Shown here one piece after another: positions 55,174-64,000 of a stretch of 64,000 nt of DNA. The notes under the pieces are model-generated. The model was not told the DNA's origin. It made no database searches and worked only from the letters and a program-made list of their open reading frames with translations. The DNA is taken from assembly GCA_963794995.1 (NCBI GenBank), contig CAWCFV010000002.1:2954722-3018721 (forward strand), read 5' to 3'. Each line of letters starts with the position of its first letter. Within the stretch, counting starts at the first letter, position 1. This DNA comes from an uncultured Actinomycetota bacterium (GTDB lineage Bacteria; Actinomycetota; Actinomycetes; JACCUZ01). The position numbers and the translations under genes are program-made.

Positions 55174-56661
55174 TCATCGTGCCACGTCGGCGTCAGCCGG
55201 GTCCCGGGCCGGAGCGCCGGGGACGGAGAGGGCGTCGATGACCCCGGAGAGACGGCCGAGCTCGCCGGCGATCTCGTCCCGCCGGGTCGTGAGCGAGGCC
55301 ACCTCGGCCCGGGCGTCGTCGAGCATCCGCTGGGCCTGGCTGCGCAGGTCGTCGGCCTCGGTGCGGGCGGCGCCGACGATGCGCACCGCCTCGGCCCGGG
55401 CGGTGCGGCGCGCCTCCTCGGCCTCCCGCTGGGCGGCGGTGGTCTGCTCGGCGACGCGCTCGCGCAGCGCCCGGGTGTTGGCCTCGGCCTCGGCCTCGCG
55501 GCGCGACGCGCGGGAGTCGATCTCCTCGACCCGCGCGGCGGCGTCCTCGACGGTGCGGGTGGCCCGGTGGCTGGCGTCGGCCAGCCGGCGCTCCGCCTCG
55601 GCCTGGGCCGCCGCCAGGACCTGCTCGGCCTCGTCCTGCATCGTCGCGGCCCGCGCCTCGGCCTCGCTGAGCCGCTGCTCGGCGGTGGTGGTCGTGCGGG
55701 CCAGCAGCTCCTCGGCCCGGGCCCGGCGCTCGGCGACGGCGCGGGCGCCCTCCGCGTGCGCCTCGGCCCGGATCCGCTCGGCGTCGGTGGCGGCGGCCGC
55801 GAGCACCTCGTCGACGGTGCGCTTGGCCCAGGCGGTCTGCTCGGCCGCCTCGGCGAGCAGGGCGTCGGCCTCCGCGCGGGCGCCGGACCGGTGCTGCTCG
55901 GCCTCCTCCGTGGCGGCGGCGACCAGCGCCGTGGCCTCCCCGTGCGCGCGCTCGACGTCACCGGCCGCGTCCTCACGGGCCAGCCGGGCCTGCTCGTGGG
56001 CCTCGGCCAGCGCGCTGTCGGCCTCGTCGCGCGCAGCGGCGGCGAGGGCTGCCACCTCGTCCTGCACCCGGGCGTGCCGGGCGGCGACCTCGTCCTCGAC
56101 CTCGCGGCGGCGCCGCGCGGCCTCCTCGCGCGCCTCGCCCACGATCGCCTCGGCCTCCTGGTGGGCCTTGTCGCGCACGGCCTGGGCCTGGGCGCGGGTC
56201 GACTCCGCGTCGGCCGCGGCCACGTCGCGCAGCGTCGCCGCCTCGGCCTGGGCCCGGGCCACCAGCTCGTCGGCCGTCCCCGACGCGGAGGACACCACCA
56301 GCGCCGCCTGGTCCGCGGCGTCGGTGAGCATCAGCCGGGCCTCCTCGGCGGCGTCGGCCCGAAGCCGCTGCGACTCGGTCAGCGCCGCCTCGAGCCGACG
56401 GGCCGCCTCCTCGAGGGCGTCGGCCCGACGCCGGACCGCCTCCTCCTCGAGCCCCAGCGCGGCCTCGTGCCGCACCGCGACGTCGGCGTGCAGGCGGCTG
56501 GCCTCGGCGTGCAGGGCGTCGGCCGCGGCCTGCTTCTCGGCCACCGCGCGCTCGGTGGCCTCGATCAGGCGGTCGGCCTGGGCCTGGGCGGCGTGGAGCA
56601 GCCGCCCAGCCCGCTCGGCGACCGGCTCGTCGACGTCCGACGGGTCCTGCCCCATGGGCAT
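55174..56661 (-). CDS. Scy-like Ala/Glu/Arg-rich coiled-coil protein (start approximate)
   Basis: AE-x-x-L-x-x-A repeats throughout; C-terminal LTTRRDEIAGELGRLSGVIDAL; directly upstream of filP. Confidence 0.72.
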   Translation of the reverse strand: MPMGQDPSDVDEPVAERAGRLLHAAQAQADRLIEATERAVAEKQAAADALHAEASRLHADVAVRHEAALGLEEEAVRRRADALEEAARRLEAALTESQRLRADAAEEARLMLTDAADQAALVVSSASGTADELVARAQAEAATLRDVAAADAESTRAQAQAVRDKAHQEAEAIVGEAREEAARRRREVEDEVAARHARVQDEVAALAAAARDEADSALAEAHEQARLAREDAAGDVERAHGEATALVAAATEEAEQHRSGARAEADALLAEAAEQTAWAKRTVDEVLAAAATDAERIRAEAHAEGARAVAERRARAEELLARTTTTAEQRLSEAEARAATMQDEAEQVLAAAQAEAERRLADASHRATRTVEDAAARVEEIDSRASRREAEAEANTRALRERVAEQTTAAQREAEEARRTARAEAVRIVGAARTEADDLRSQAQRMLDDARAEVASLTTRRDEIAGELGRLSGVIDALSVPGAPARDPADADVAR

Positions 56662-56772
56662 GCATCGTGTCAGACCTCGGACCGACCTGTCAGACCCCGT
56701 CCCCCCGGCACGCGGGACGGCGCGGGTCGTTCGGCCCTCGTCCGGGCGCGAGGGCCGCGGGACCGTGAGGTC

Positions 56773-57102
56773 ATGGACCACGCCCGTCCCCCCGAGGTCG
56801 AGCAGGCGAACGGCCGGGTGCTCGGCTGGCTGTCCGGGCTCGGACTGACCGTCGTCCCGTGGATCGTCGCCGGCCTGCTCGCGAGCGTCGTGGGTGCCGT
56901 GGCCGGCGAGTCCTGGAACCCCGAGACGACGTTCCCGTGGTGGTTGCTCGCCGCCCTCGTCACGATGCTGGGCTGGATCGGCTACGGCATCGTGCGCATC
57001 CCCGGGTTCCGGCGCGGTGCCCTGATCGGCGCCGCCGTCTCGCTGGTCGGCGTGCTCGTGCTGGTGGGAGCCGTGCTGCTGCTCGCTGCCGTCACCGGGT
57101 AG
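56773..57102 (+). CDS. small 3-TM membrane protein of unknown function
   Basis: GAGG RBS; three hydrophobic helices, PGFRRGALIG loop. Confidence 0.6.
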   Translation: MDHARPPEVEQANGRVLGWLSGLGLTVVPWIVAGLLASVVGAVAGESWNPETTFPWWLLAALVTMLGWIGYGIVRIPGFRRGALIGAAVSLVGVLVLVGAVLLLAAVTG

Positions 57103-57126
57103 CCGGGCCGGGCCCTCGTACCTTCG

Positions 57127-57155
57127 GCCGTCAGCCGTCAGCCGTCAGACCGTCA
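57127..57155. repeat. short tandem repeat (GCCGTCA)x3 + GACCGTCA at the ccr stop codon
   Basis: gccgtca gccgtca gccgtca gaccgtca; the last TCA is the ccr TGA on the minus strand. Confidence 0.7.
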
Positions 57156-58505
57156 GACGTCGCGGAACCTGTTGATCGCGGTCTCGTGGCGGGCCCGCAG
57201 CTCGGGGTCGCGCACGCCGAGGCCCTCCTCGGGGGCGAGGCAGAGGACGCCGACCTTGCCCTGGTGGACGTTGGTGTGCACGTCGTGCGCGGCCTGGCCG
57301 ACCTGGTCCAGCGGGTAGCTGCGGGACAGCGTCGGATGGATCTTGCCGCGGGCGATCAGCCGGTTCGCCTCCCACGCCTCCCGGTAGTTGGCGAAGTGCG
57401 AGCCGATGATCCGCTTGAGGCTCATCCAGAGGTAGCGGTTGTCGTACTCGTGCATGAAGCCGCTCGTCGAGGCGCAGGTGACGATCGTGCCGCCCTTGCG
57501 GGTGACGAAGACCGAGGCACCGAAGGTCTCGCGGCCGGGGTGCTCGAAGACGATGTCGACGTCGTCGCCGCCGGTGAGCTCGCGGATCTTCTTGCCCAGC
57601 CGGGTCCACTCCTTGGGGTCCTGCGCCTGACGGCCGTCCTCGTCCTTCCAGAACCGGTAGCCCTCACCCGACGCCGCGCTGCGGTCGATGACCAGCTCGG
57701 CGCCCATCGAGCGGGCGATGGCGGCCTTCTCCTCGCTGGACACGACGCACACCGGCGTGGCGCCGCCGTTGACGGCCAGCTGGGTGGCGTACGAGCCGAG
57801 GCCGCCCGAGGCGCCCCAGATGAGGACGACGTCACCCTGCTTCATCCCCGCGCCGTTGCGGGACACCAGCTGCCGGTAGGCCGTGGAGTTGACCAGCCCC
57901 GGGCTGGCGGCCTCCTCCCAGGTGAGGTGGGCCGGCTTGGGCATCAGCTGGTTGGACTTCACCAGCGCCAGCTGCGCGAGGCCGCCGAAGTTGGTCTCGA
58001 AGCCCCAGATCCGCTGCTCCGGGTCGAGCATCGTGTCGTTGTGGCCGTCGGGGGACTCGAGCTCGACGGACAGGCAGTGCGCCACCACCTCGTCGCCCGG
58101 CTTCCAGGCGTGCACCCCCGGTCCGGTGCGCAGCACGACGCCTGCCAGGTCGGAGCCGAGCACGTGGTAGGGGAGGTCGTGGCGCTTCGACAGGGGGGAC
58201 AGGCGGCCGTAGCGCGCGAGGAAGGCGAAGGTCGGCACCGGCTCGAAGATCGCCGACCACACGGTGTTGTAGTTGATGGCCGAGGCCATCACGGCGACCA
58301 GGGCCTCGCCCGGTCCCAGCTCGGGGGTCGCCACGTCCTCCACGTGCAGCGACTCGCGCGGGTCCTTGTCCCGGGACGCACGGCCCTCGAACATCGCGAC
58401 CTCGTCGGCGTGCACGGTGACCGCGCGGTAGGCCTCCGGTACCGGCAGCGCGGCCAGGTCGTCGGGCGACGCACCGGCCAGCACGGCCTCGAGGATCTCC
58501 TGCAC
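57153..58505 (-). CDS. ccr: crotonyl-CoA carboxylase/reductase
   Basis: MASAINYNTVW, GSDLAGVV, WGFETNFGG, IWGASGGLG, FEHPGRETF, GSHFAN, HQGKVGVL. Confidence 0.95.
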   Translation of the reverse strand: MQEILEAVLAGASPDDLAALPVPEAYRAVTVHADEVAMFEGRASRDKDPRESLHVEDVATPELGPGEALVAVMASAINYNTVWSAIFEPVPTFAFLARYGRLSPLSKRHDLPYHVLGSDLAGVVLRTGPGVHAWKPGDEVVAHCLSVELESPDGHNDTMLDPEQRIWGFETNFGGLAQLALVKSNQLMPKPAHLTWEEAASPGLVNSTAYRQLVSRNGAGMKQGDVVLIWGASGGLGSYATQLAVNGGATPVCVVSSEEKAAIARSMGAELVIDRSAASGEGYRFWKDEDGRQAQDPKEWTRLGKKIRELTGGDDVDIVFEHPGRETFGASVFVTRKGGTIVTCASTSGFMHEYDNRYLWMSLKRIIGSHFANYREAWEANRLIARGKIHPTLSRSYPLDQVGQAAHDVHTNVHQGKVGVLCLAPEEGLGVRDPELRARHETAINRFRDV

Positions 58506-58555
58506 GTCGGCCTCCGGGGGCTCGCGACTGGACGGTGCGCTCGGGTTCGGGCCCG

Positions 58556-58574
58556 ATGCTACTGACCGGTAACC
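58556..58574 (-). promoter_or_regulatory. GGTTACC-n5-GTAG motif overlapping a TAGCAT -10 element upstream of ccr
   Basis: Minus strand reads ggttaccggtcagtagcat; matches the motif upstream of meaA. Confidence 0.55.
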
Positions 58575-58602
58575 AGTGCTCGCGCGCAGGGTGGCGCCCC
58601 GC

Positions 58603-58785
58603 TCAGTCCTCGGAGGGCATCAGCACCCACAGCACGACGTAGACGAGCACCTGCGGGCCCGGCAGCAGCACCGACACCACGAAGGCCGCGCGCACCGCCG
58701 CGGGGGACCAGCCGAAGCGCCGGGCGATTCCCGCGCAGACGCCGGCGATCACCCGCCGGCGAGGACGTACGAGACCGTTCATCAT
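58603..58785 (-). CDS. PspC domain protein
   Basis: [15 protein letters not shown]...[11 protein letters not shown]. Confidence 0.88.
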   Translation of the reverse strand: MMNGLVRPRRRVIAGVCAGIARRFGWSPAAVRAAFVVSVLLPGPQVLVYVVLWVLMPSED

Positions 58786-58807
58786 CCCCCGACGGTACGT
58801 CGGCGGG

Positions 58808-59230
58808 TCAGTGCGCGCCGTCCGGCGCCGCCTCGACCAGCTCGACGAGGACGCCCATGGCGTCCTTCGGGTGCACGAAGTTGACCCGGGAGCCCGCCGT
58901 GCCGCGGCGCGCCTCGTCGTAGAGCAGCCGGACTCCCCGGGCCCGCAGGTCGGCGGTGACGGCGTCGATGTCCTCGACGCCGTACGCCACCTGCTGGACC
59001 CCCGGGCCGGAGCGGTCGAGGAAGCGGGCGATGGGCGAGTCGGCCGACAGCGGCGCCAGCAGCTGGATGCACGACCCGGAGCCGCCCACGTCGAGCATCG
59101 CCTCGCGGACGCCCTGCTCCTCGTTGACCTCCTCGTGCACGACCCGCACGTCGAACGTGCGGGCGTAGAAGGCGATCGCCTCGTCGAGGTCGCGCACGGC
59201 CAGACCGACGTGGTCGATGCGGGTCAGCAT
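58808..59230 (-). CDS. mce: methylmalonyl/ethylmalonyl-CoA epimerase
   Basis: [50 protein letters not shown]. Confidence 0.93.
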   Translation of the reverse strand: MLTRIDHVGLAVRDLDEAIAFYARTFDVRVVHEEVNEEQGVREAMLDVGGSGSCIQLLAPLSADSPIARFLDRSGPGVQQVAYGVEDIDAVTADLRARGVRLLYDEARRGTAGSRVNFVHPKDAMGVLVELVEAAPDGAH

Positions 59231-59278
59231 GCGGCTATCGTGACAGCGCTGGGATCCACGCTGCTCAGGAGGTCGTCC

Positions 59279-60478
59279 ATGGCTCGCACGTCTGGCTCCG
59301 TCATCGTCGCCGGTGCCCGCACGCCGATGGGTCGGCTGCTCGGGTCCCTCAAGGACTTCTCCGGTACCGACCTCGGTGCCGTCGCGATCAAGGGCGCGCT
59401 CGAGAAGTCCGGGGTGAGCCCCGACCAGGTCGAGTACGTGATCATGGGCCAGGTCCTGCAGACCGGAGCCGGCCAGATCCCGGCCCGCCAGGCGGCCGTG
59501 AAGGCCGGTATCCCGATGGACGTCCCGGCGCTGACCATCAACAAGGTCTGCCTCTCCGGGGTCGACGCGATCGCCCTGGCCGACCAGCTGATCCGCGCCG
59601 GGGAGTTCGACGTCGTGGTGGCCGGGGGGATGGAGTCGATGACCCAGGCCCCCCACTTCCTGCCGGGGTCCCGCGAGGGCGTCAAGTTCGGCGACGTGAA
59701 GCTGGTCGACTCGATGTCCCACGACGGCCTCTGGGACGTCTTCACCACCCAGGCGATGGGTGCGCTCACCGAGGCGTGCAACGCCGAGCTCGGCATCTCC
59801 CGCGAGGAGCAGGACGCGTTCTCCGCGCGGTCGCACCAGCGCGCGGCCGAGGCGTGGAAGAACGGCCTCTTCGACGACGAGGTCGTGCCGGTCGAGATCC
59901 CGCAGCGCAAGGGCGACCCGGTGCTGTTCAAGGAGGACGAGGGCATCCGGGCCGACACCACGGCCGAGAGCCTGGGCAGGCTGCGCCCGGCGTTCAGCAA
60001 GGACGGCACCATCACCGCGGGCTCGTCCTCCCAGATCTCCGACGGCGCGGCGGCCGTCGTCGTGATGAGCAAGGCGAAGGCCGAGGAGCTCGGGCTCGCC
60101 TGGCTCGCCGAGATCGGCGCGCACGGCGTGGTGGCCGGCCCCGACTCGACCCTGCAGTCACAGCCCTCGGCCGCGATCACCAGGGCCTGCGCCAAGGAGG
60201 GCATCAGTCCCGCCGACCTCGACCTGGTCGAGATCAACGAGGCGTTCGCCAGCGTCGGCCTCAAGTCGGTCCGCGACCTCGGCATCGACGAGGACCGGGT
60301 CAACGTCAACGGCGGCGCGATCGCCCTGGGCCACCCGATCGGGATGTCCGGCGCCCGCATCGCCCTGCACCTCGCCCTCGAGCTGAAGCGGCGCGGCGGT
60401 GGTGTCGGCGCTGCCGCGCTCTGCGGCGGCGGCGGCCAGGGTGACGCCCTGGTGCTGCGCGTGCCGGCAGCCGGCTGA
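59279..60478 (+). CDS. acetyl-CoA C-acetyltransferase (thiolase)
   Basis: [51 protein letters not shown]. Confidence 0.94.
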   Translation: MARTSGSVIVAGARTPMGRLLGSLKDFSGTDLGAVAIKGALEKSGVSPDQVEYVIMGQVLQTGAGQIPARQAAVKAGIPMDVPALTINKVCLSGVDAIALADQLIRAGEFDVVVAGGMESMTQAPHFLPGSREGVKFGDVKLVDSMSHDGLWDVFTTQAMGALTEACNAELGISREEQDAFSARSHQRAAEAWKNGLFDDEVVPVEIPQRKGDPVLFKEDEGIRADTTAESLGRLRPAFSKDGTITAGSSSQISDGAAAVVVMSKAKAEELGLAWLAEIGAHGVVAGPDSTLQSQPSAAITRACAKEGISPADLDLVEINEAFASVGLKSVRDLGIDEDRVNVNGGAIALGHPIGMSGARIALHLALELKRRGGGVGAAALCGGGGQGDALVLRVPAAG

Positions 60479-60487
60479 CCGCCGACG

Positions 60488-61471
60488 GTGGCTCCCGCGC
60501 CGGACGTCGGCGCACTGGTCGAGCGCGCCCGCGAGGGTGACGCCCGGTCGGTCGCGCGACTGATCTCCCTGGTCGAGGACGCCTCGCCGCTGCTGCGCGA
60601 GGCGATGGCCGCGCTGGCGCCGTACGGCGGCCGCGCGACCGTCATCGGCCTCACCGGCGCCCCTGGGGTCGGGAAGTCGACCTCCACCAACGCGCTCGTC
60701 GCGGCGTTCCGTGGCCGCGGGCGGCGGGTCGGCGTGCTGGCGGTCGACCCGTCCTCGCCGTTCTCGGGGGGCGCGCTGCTCGGCGACCGGGTGCGGATGC
60801 AGGACCACGCCCTCGACCGGGACGTCTACATCAGGTCGATGGCCAGCCGGGGCCATCTCGGCGGACTGGCGTGGGCCACGCCGCAGGCCTTGCGGGTGCT
60901 CGATGCAGCCGGCTGCGACGTCGTCCTGGTCGAGACCGTGGGGGTCGGGCAGTCCGAGGTCGAGGTCGCGCGCACCGCCGACACCACCGTGGTGCTGCTG
61001 GCCCCCGGCATGGGTGACGCGATCCAGGCCGCCAAGGCCGGCATCCTCGAGGTGGGCGACGTCTACGTCGTGAACAAGGCCGACCGGGACGGCGCCGACG
61101 CCACCGTCCGGGAGCTGCGGCACATGCTGACGCTCGGTGAGCGCCGCGGTCCCGGCGAGTGGCGGCCGCCCGTCGTCCGCACGGTCGCGTCCCGGGGTGA
61201 GGGCCTCGACGAGCTGCTCGAGGCGCTGGACAAGCACCGCGCCTGGCTGGAGGAGACGGGCACCCTGCACGAGCGCCGACTGCACCGCGCGGCCGACGAG
61301 GTCGAGGCCATCGCGCTCACCACGCTGCGCGAGCGGGTCGGCGACCTGCGCACCCGCGAGGGCGAGGCGAACCTCGACACGCTGGCCGCCGACGTCGTCG
61401 CCGGACGCAGCGACCCCTACGCCGCGGCCGACGCCCTCCTCGCGGGCCTGACGGCCGGCCGGGCACAGTAG
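60488..61471 (+). CDS. meaB: acyl-CoA mutase-associated GTPase MeaB
   Basis: GAPGVGKST, AVDPSSPFSGGALLGDRVRM, ETVGVGQSE, NKAD. Confidence 0.94.
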   Translation: MAPAPDVGALVERAREGDARSVARLISLVEDASPLLREAMAALAPYGGRATVIGLTGAPGVGKSTSTNALVAAFRGRGRRVGVLAVDPSSPFSGGALLGDRVRMQDHALDRDVYIRSMASRGHLGGLAWATPQALRVLDAAGCDVVLVETVGVGQSEVEVARTADTTVVLLAPGMGDAIQAAKAGILEVGDVYVVNKADRDGADATVRELRHMLTLGERRGPGEWRPPVVRTVASRGEGLDELLEALDKHRAWLEETGTLHERRLHRAADEVEAIALTTLRERVGDLRTREGEANLDTLAADVVAGRSDPYAAADALLAGLTAGRAQ

Positions 61472-61519
61472 GCCCCGGGGTCGCTGTCACATTCCGGGCC
61501 GCGGCGGTGCTGTCAGGGC

Positions 61520-62144
61520 ATGGACGTGGTGCAAGGCGACCGGACGGCGAAGGTGGCCGTGCCGGTCTCCGACGACGCAGCGGGTGCAGCCTGGCTGCGG
61601 GACGGGAGGACGGCGGACGTGCGGGTGTCGCGCTCGACCGGCGGGGACGTGCGGGCCGACCTCGACCAGGTCTTCCGTCGCGACTACCCGCTGGTGGTCG
61701 GCGTCGCCGCCCGGGTGCTGGGCGCGCTGGGACGAGGCGGAGGACGTCGCGCAGGAGGTGTTCCTCTCCTTCGGCCGGTCCGAGGTGCCCCTCGGGGAGG
61801 CCCGCGGCTGGCTGTCCGTCGCCGCTGCCCACACGGCGCTGAACCTGGTCCGGTCTGGACGCCGCCGCGCGTCCCGCGAGGAGGTCGTCGCCGCCTCCGC
61901 GGACACCGTCGTGGCCGACGTCGCCGAGGCCGTGGTCACCCTCGAGGAGCGCCGGCTGGTGCGCTCCGCGCTCGGCCGGCTGCCCCGCACCCAGGCGGTG
62001 GCCCTGGTGCTCCGCCACAGCGGCCTGAGCTACGCCGACGTCGCGGCCGCCCTCGACCTGTCACCCGGCAGCGTCGGCACCACCGTGCGGCGCGCCGAAT
62101 CCGCACTGCGCAAGGAGATGAACCGTCATGCGTCATCCGACTGA
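61520..62144 (+). CDS. ECF RNA polymerase sigma factor; indel near 61725
   Basis: VFRRDYP, EAEDVAQEVF, WLSVAAAHTALN, LRHSGLSYADVAAAL, SVGTTVRRA. Confidence 0.87.
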
Positions 62145-63228
62145 GGGCGTCCTGCGCCGGCTGCTCGACGAGCCCGCCGGCGTGGCCGTCGCCGACCGCC
62201 GGCACGTCGTCGACTGCCCGCAGTGCCTCGACCGAGCTCGCCGCAGCGCGCGAGGACGCCGACCTGGTCGGTGCCGCACTGGCGACCGAGGGCGGCGAGC
62301 GCCTCGACGTCGCCACCGCGTGGCGGCGCCTGTCGAGCGCCTCGTCCACCGTGGCCGCCACCGAGCTGACCCGCGCGACCGCCCGATCGCGGGCCGGCCG
62401 CGCCGACCGGGCCCGCCGGGCCCTGCAGCGTCCGGTCGTCGCGGCGGTCGCCGTCGCCGCGGTGCTCGCCGGCGCCGGAACTGCGGCAGCGAACGACTGG
62501 CTGCCGATCTTCCGGACGGAGCAGGTCGCCCCGGTCAGCCTCCGCGCCACCGACCTGGTGGCCCTGCCCGACCTGAGCGCCTACGGCGACGTGCAGGTCA
62601 CTGGGGAGCAGGACGTCCACGAGGTGGCCGACGCGGCCGCTGCGGCGTCCGAGACCGGTCTCGACGTGCCCGAGGTCGGACGACCTGCCCCGCGGCGTCA
62701 CCGGCGACCCGGTCTTCCAGGTGGGCGGCAAGGTGAGCGCCACCTTCACGTTCTCGGCGGAGCGCGCGCGCGGCTGCGGCTGACGGCAAGCAGCTGCCGA
62801 CGCCCCCGGCCGGCCTGGACGGCAGCCAGGTCCGGCTCGACGCCGGGCCCGGGCTGGCCCAGGTCTGGTCCTCCTCGGCGGGCGCGCCCGCCCTGGTCGT
62901 GGGTCGGGCCGTCGCGCCGACCGCGTTCTCCTCCGGCGTCCCGTTCGAGACCGTGCGCGACTACCTGCTGTCGCTGCCCGGGCTGCCCGACGACGTCGCC
63001 GCGCAGCTGCGGACCTTCACCGCGGACGGCTCCACGCTGCCGCTGCCGGTGCCGGCGGACGAGGTCACCACGTCGTCGGCGCAGGTCGACGGTGTGCCGG
63101 CGACGGTGCTGCAGACCAGGGACCGCACGCTGGCCGCCGTCGTCTGGGTGACCGACGGCGACCTGACGCTGGTGGCGGGATCGCTGGACGTCGACGAGGT
63201 GCTGTCCGTCGCCCGGGCGCTGCGGTGA
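62128..63228 (+). CDS. membrane-anchored zinc-finger anti-sigma factor with extracytoplasmic domain; several indels
   Basis: MRHP...HVVDCPQC (HxxxCxxC), TM, WLPIFRTEQV, DYLLSLPGLP, TLPLPV. Confidence 0.75.
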
Positions 63229-64000
63229 GCGTGGCGGAGGAGAGCACGCTGGCAGCCGACGCCGCGCGGCGCTCGGCGGCCGACCTGGTCGCCGGGCTGC
63301 CGTCGGCGCCTGCTGTCTGGTGCTCGGGGCTGCGCAAGCGGTACGGGAAGCAGCAGGCCGTCGAGGATGTCGGCTTCCAGGTGGGCCGGGGCGAGGTCGT
63401 CGGGCTGCTCGGTCCCAACGGGGCCGGCAAGACCTCGGTGATCAAGATGCTGCTGGGCCTGGTCCGGCCGGACGACGGCGAGGTGATGCTGCTCGGGCAG
63501 CCCGCCGCCGACCCGGCCGCCCGCACGCGGGTCGGCTACCTGCCCGAGCTGTTCCGCTACCAGCCGTGGCTCAGCCCGACCGAGGTGCTCACCCTGCACG
63601 TCCGGCTCTCGGGCATCGACGTCCCGGCTCGAGCAGCGACAGGACTCCCTGGCGCTGGTCGGCCTCGCCGACCGCGCCGGTGACCGGGTGGGCGGCTTCT
63701 CCAAGGGCATGCAGCAGCGCCTCGGGCTGGCCGTCGCGCTGGTGGCCGGGCCCGAGCTGGTGGTGCTCGACGAGCCGACCAGCGCGCTGGACCCGCTGGG
63801 TCGCGCCGACGTCCGCGACATCGTGCTCGCGCTGCGGGAGAAGGGCGTCGCGGTGCTGCTGAACTCGCACCTGATCGGCGAGGTCGAGCGGGTCTGCGAC
63901 CGCGTGGTCATCCTCGACCGGGGACGGGTCGCCGCGTCCGGCACGCTCGCCGAGCTGCTCGGGCAGCGCGAGCTGCACCTGCAGCTGAGCGACGTCACCG
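63225..64000 (+). CDS. ABC transporter ATP-binding protein, truncated at window end; indel near 63630
   Basis: GPNGAGKT, FSKGMQQR, LDEPTSALDP, LLNSHL. Confidence 0.9.

Overview
Very GC-rich actinobacterial chromosome segment. It carries the conserved core region pxpABC-lysA-hom-thrC-thrB-rho ... rpmE-prfA-prmC-tsaC-glyA-wecA(rfe)-atp operon-DUF2550-pduO-murA, followed by the hbd/STAS/nucS/filP/scy/mce/thiolase/meaB neighbourhood, into which the ethylmalonyl-CoA genes meaA(ecm) and ccr are interspersed. Many genes, including essential ones, are broken by single-base indels that look like long-read sequencing error, so coordinates across those breaks are approximate. The most striking feature is a 7.2-kb, eight-gene, largely translationally coupled cassette inserted between rho and rpmE (9552-16769). 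It encodes a 178-aa exosortase/archaeosortase-family membrane protein (Cys75/Arg117/His137; in the ORF track it is hidden at the end of a spurious 718-aa ORF) and two paralogous secreted proteins ending in a shared C-S-x-[RK]-P-V-x-x-x-G motif + transmembrane helix + Arg tail, the candidate sorting substrates. It also encodes a PIG-L deacetylase, a processive GT2 synthase, a membrane-anchored HEAT-like/ATP-grasp protein, a UDP-GlcNAc 2-epimerase and a HAD hydrolase. I infer a self-contained protein-sorting plus surface-glycan system. Candidate regulatory elements are a 4x GTCACA repeat array, a motif shared by the meaA and ccr promoters, an ArsR-type palindrome and an ECF-type promoter. No RNA genes, CRISPR arrays or transposases were seen.
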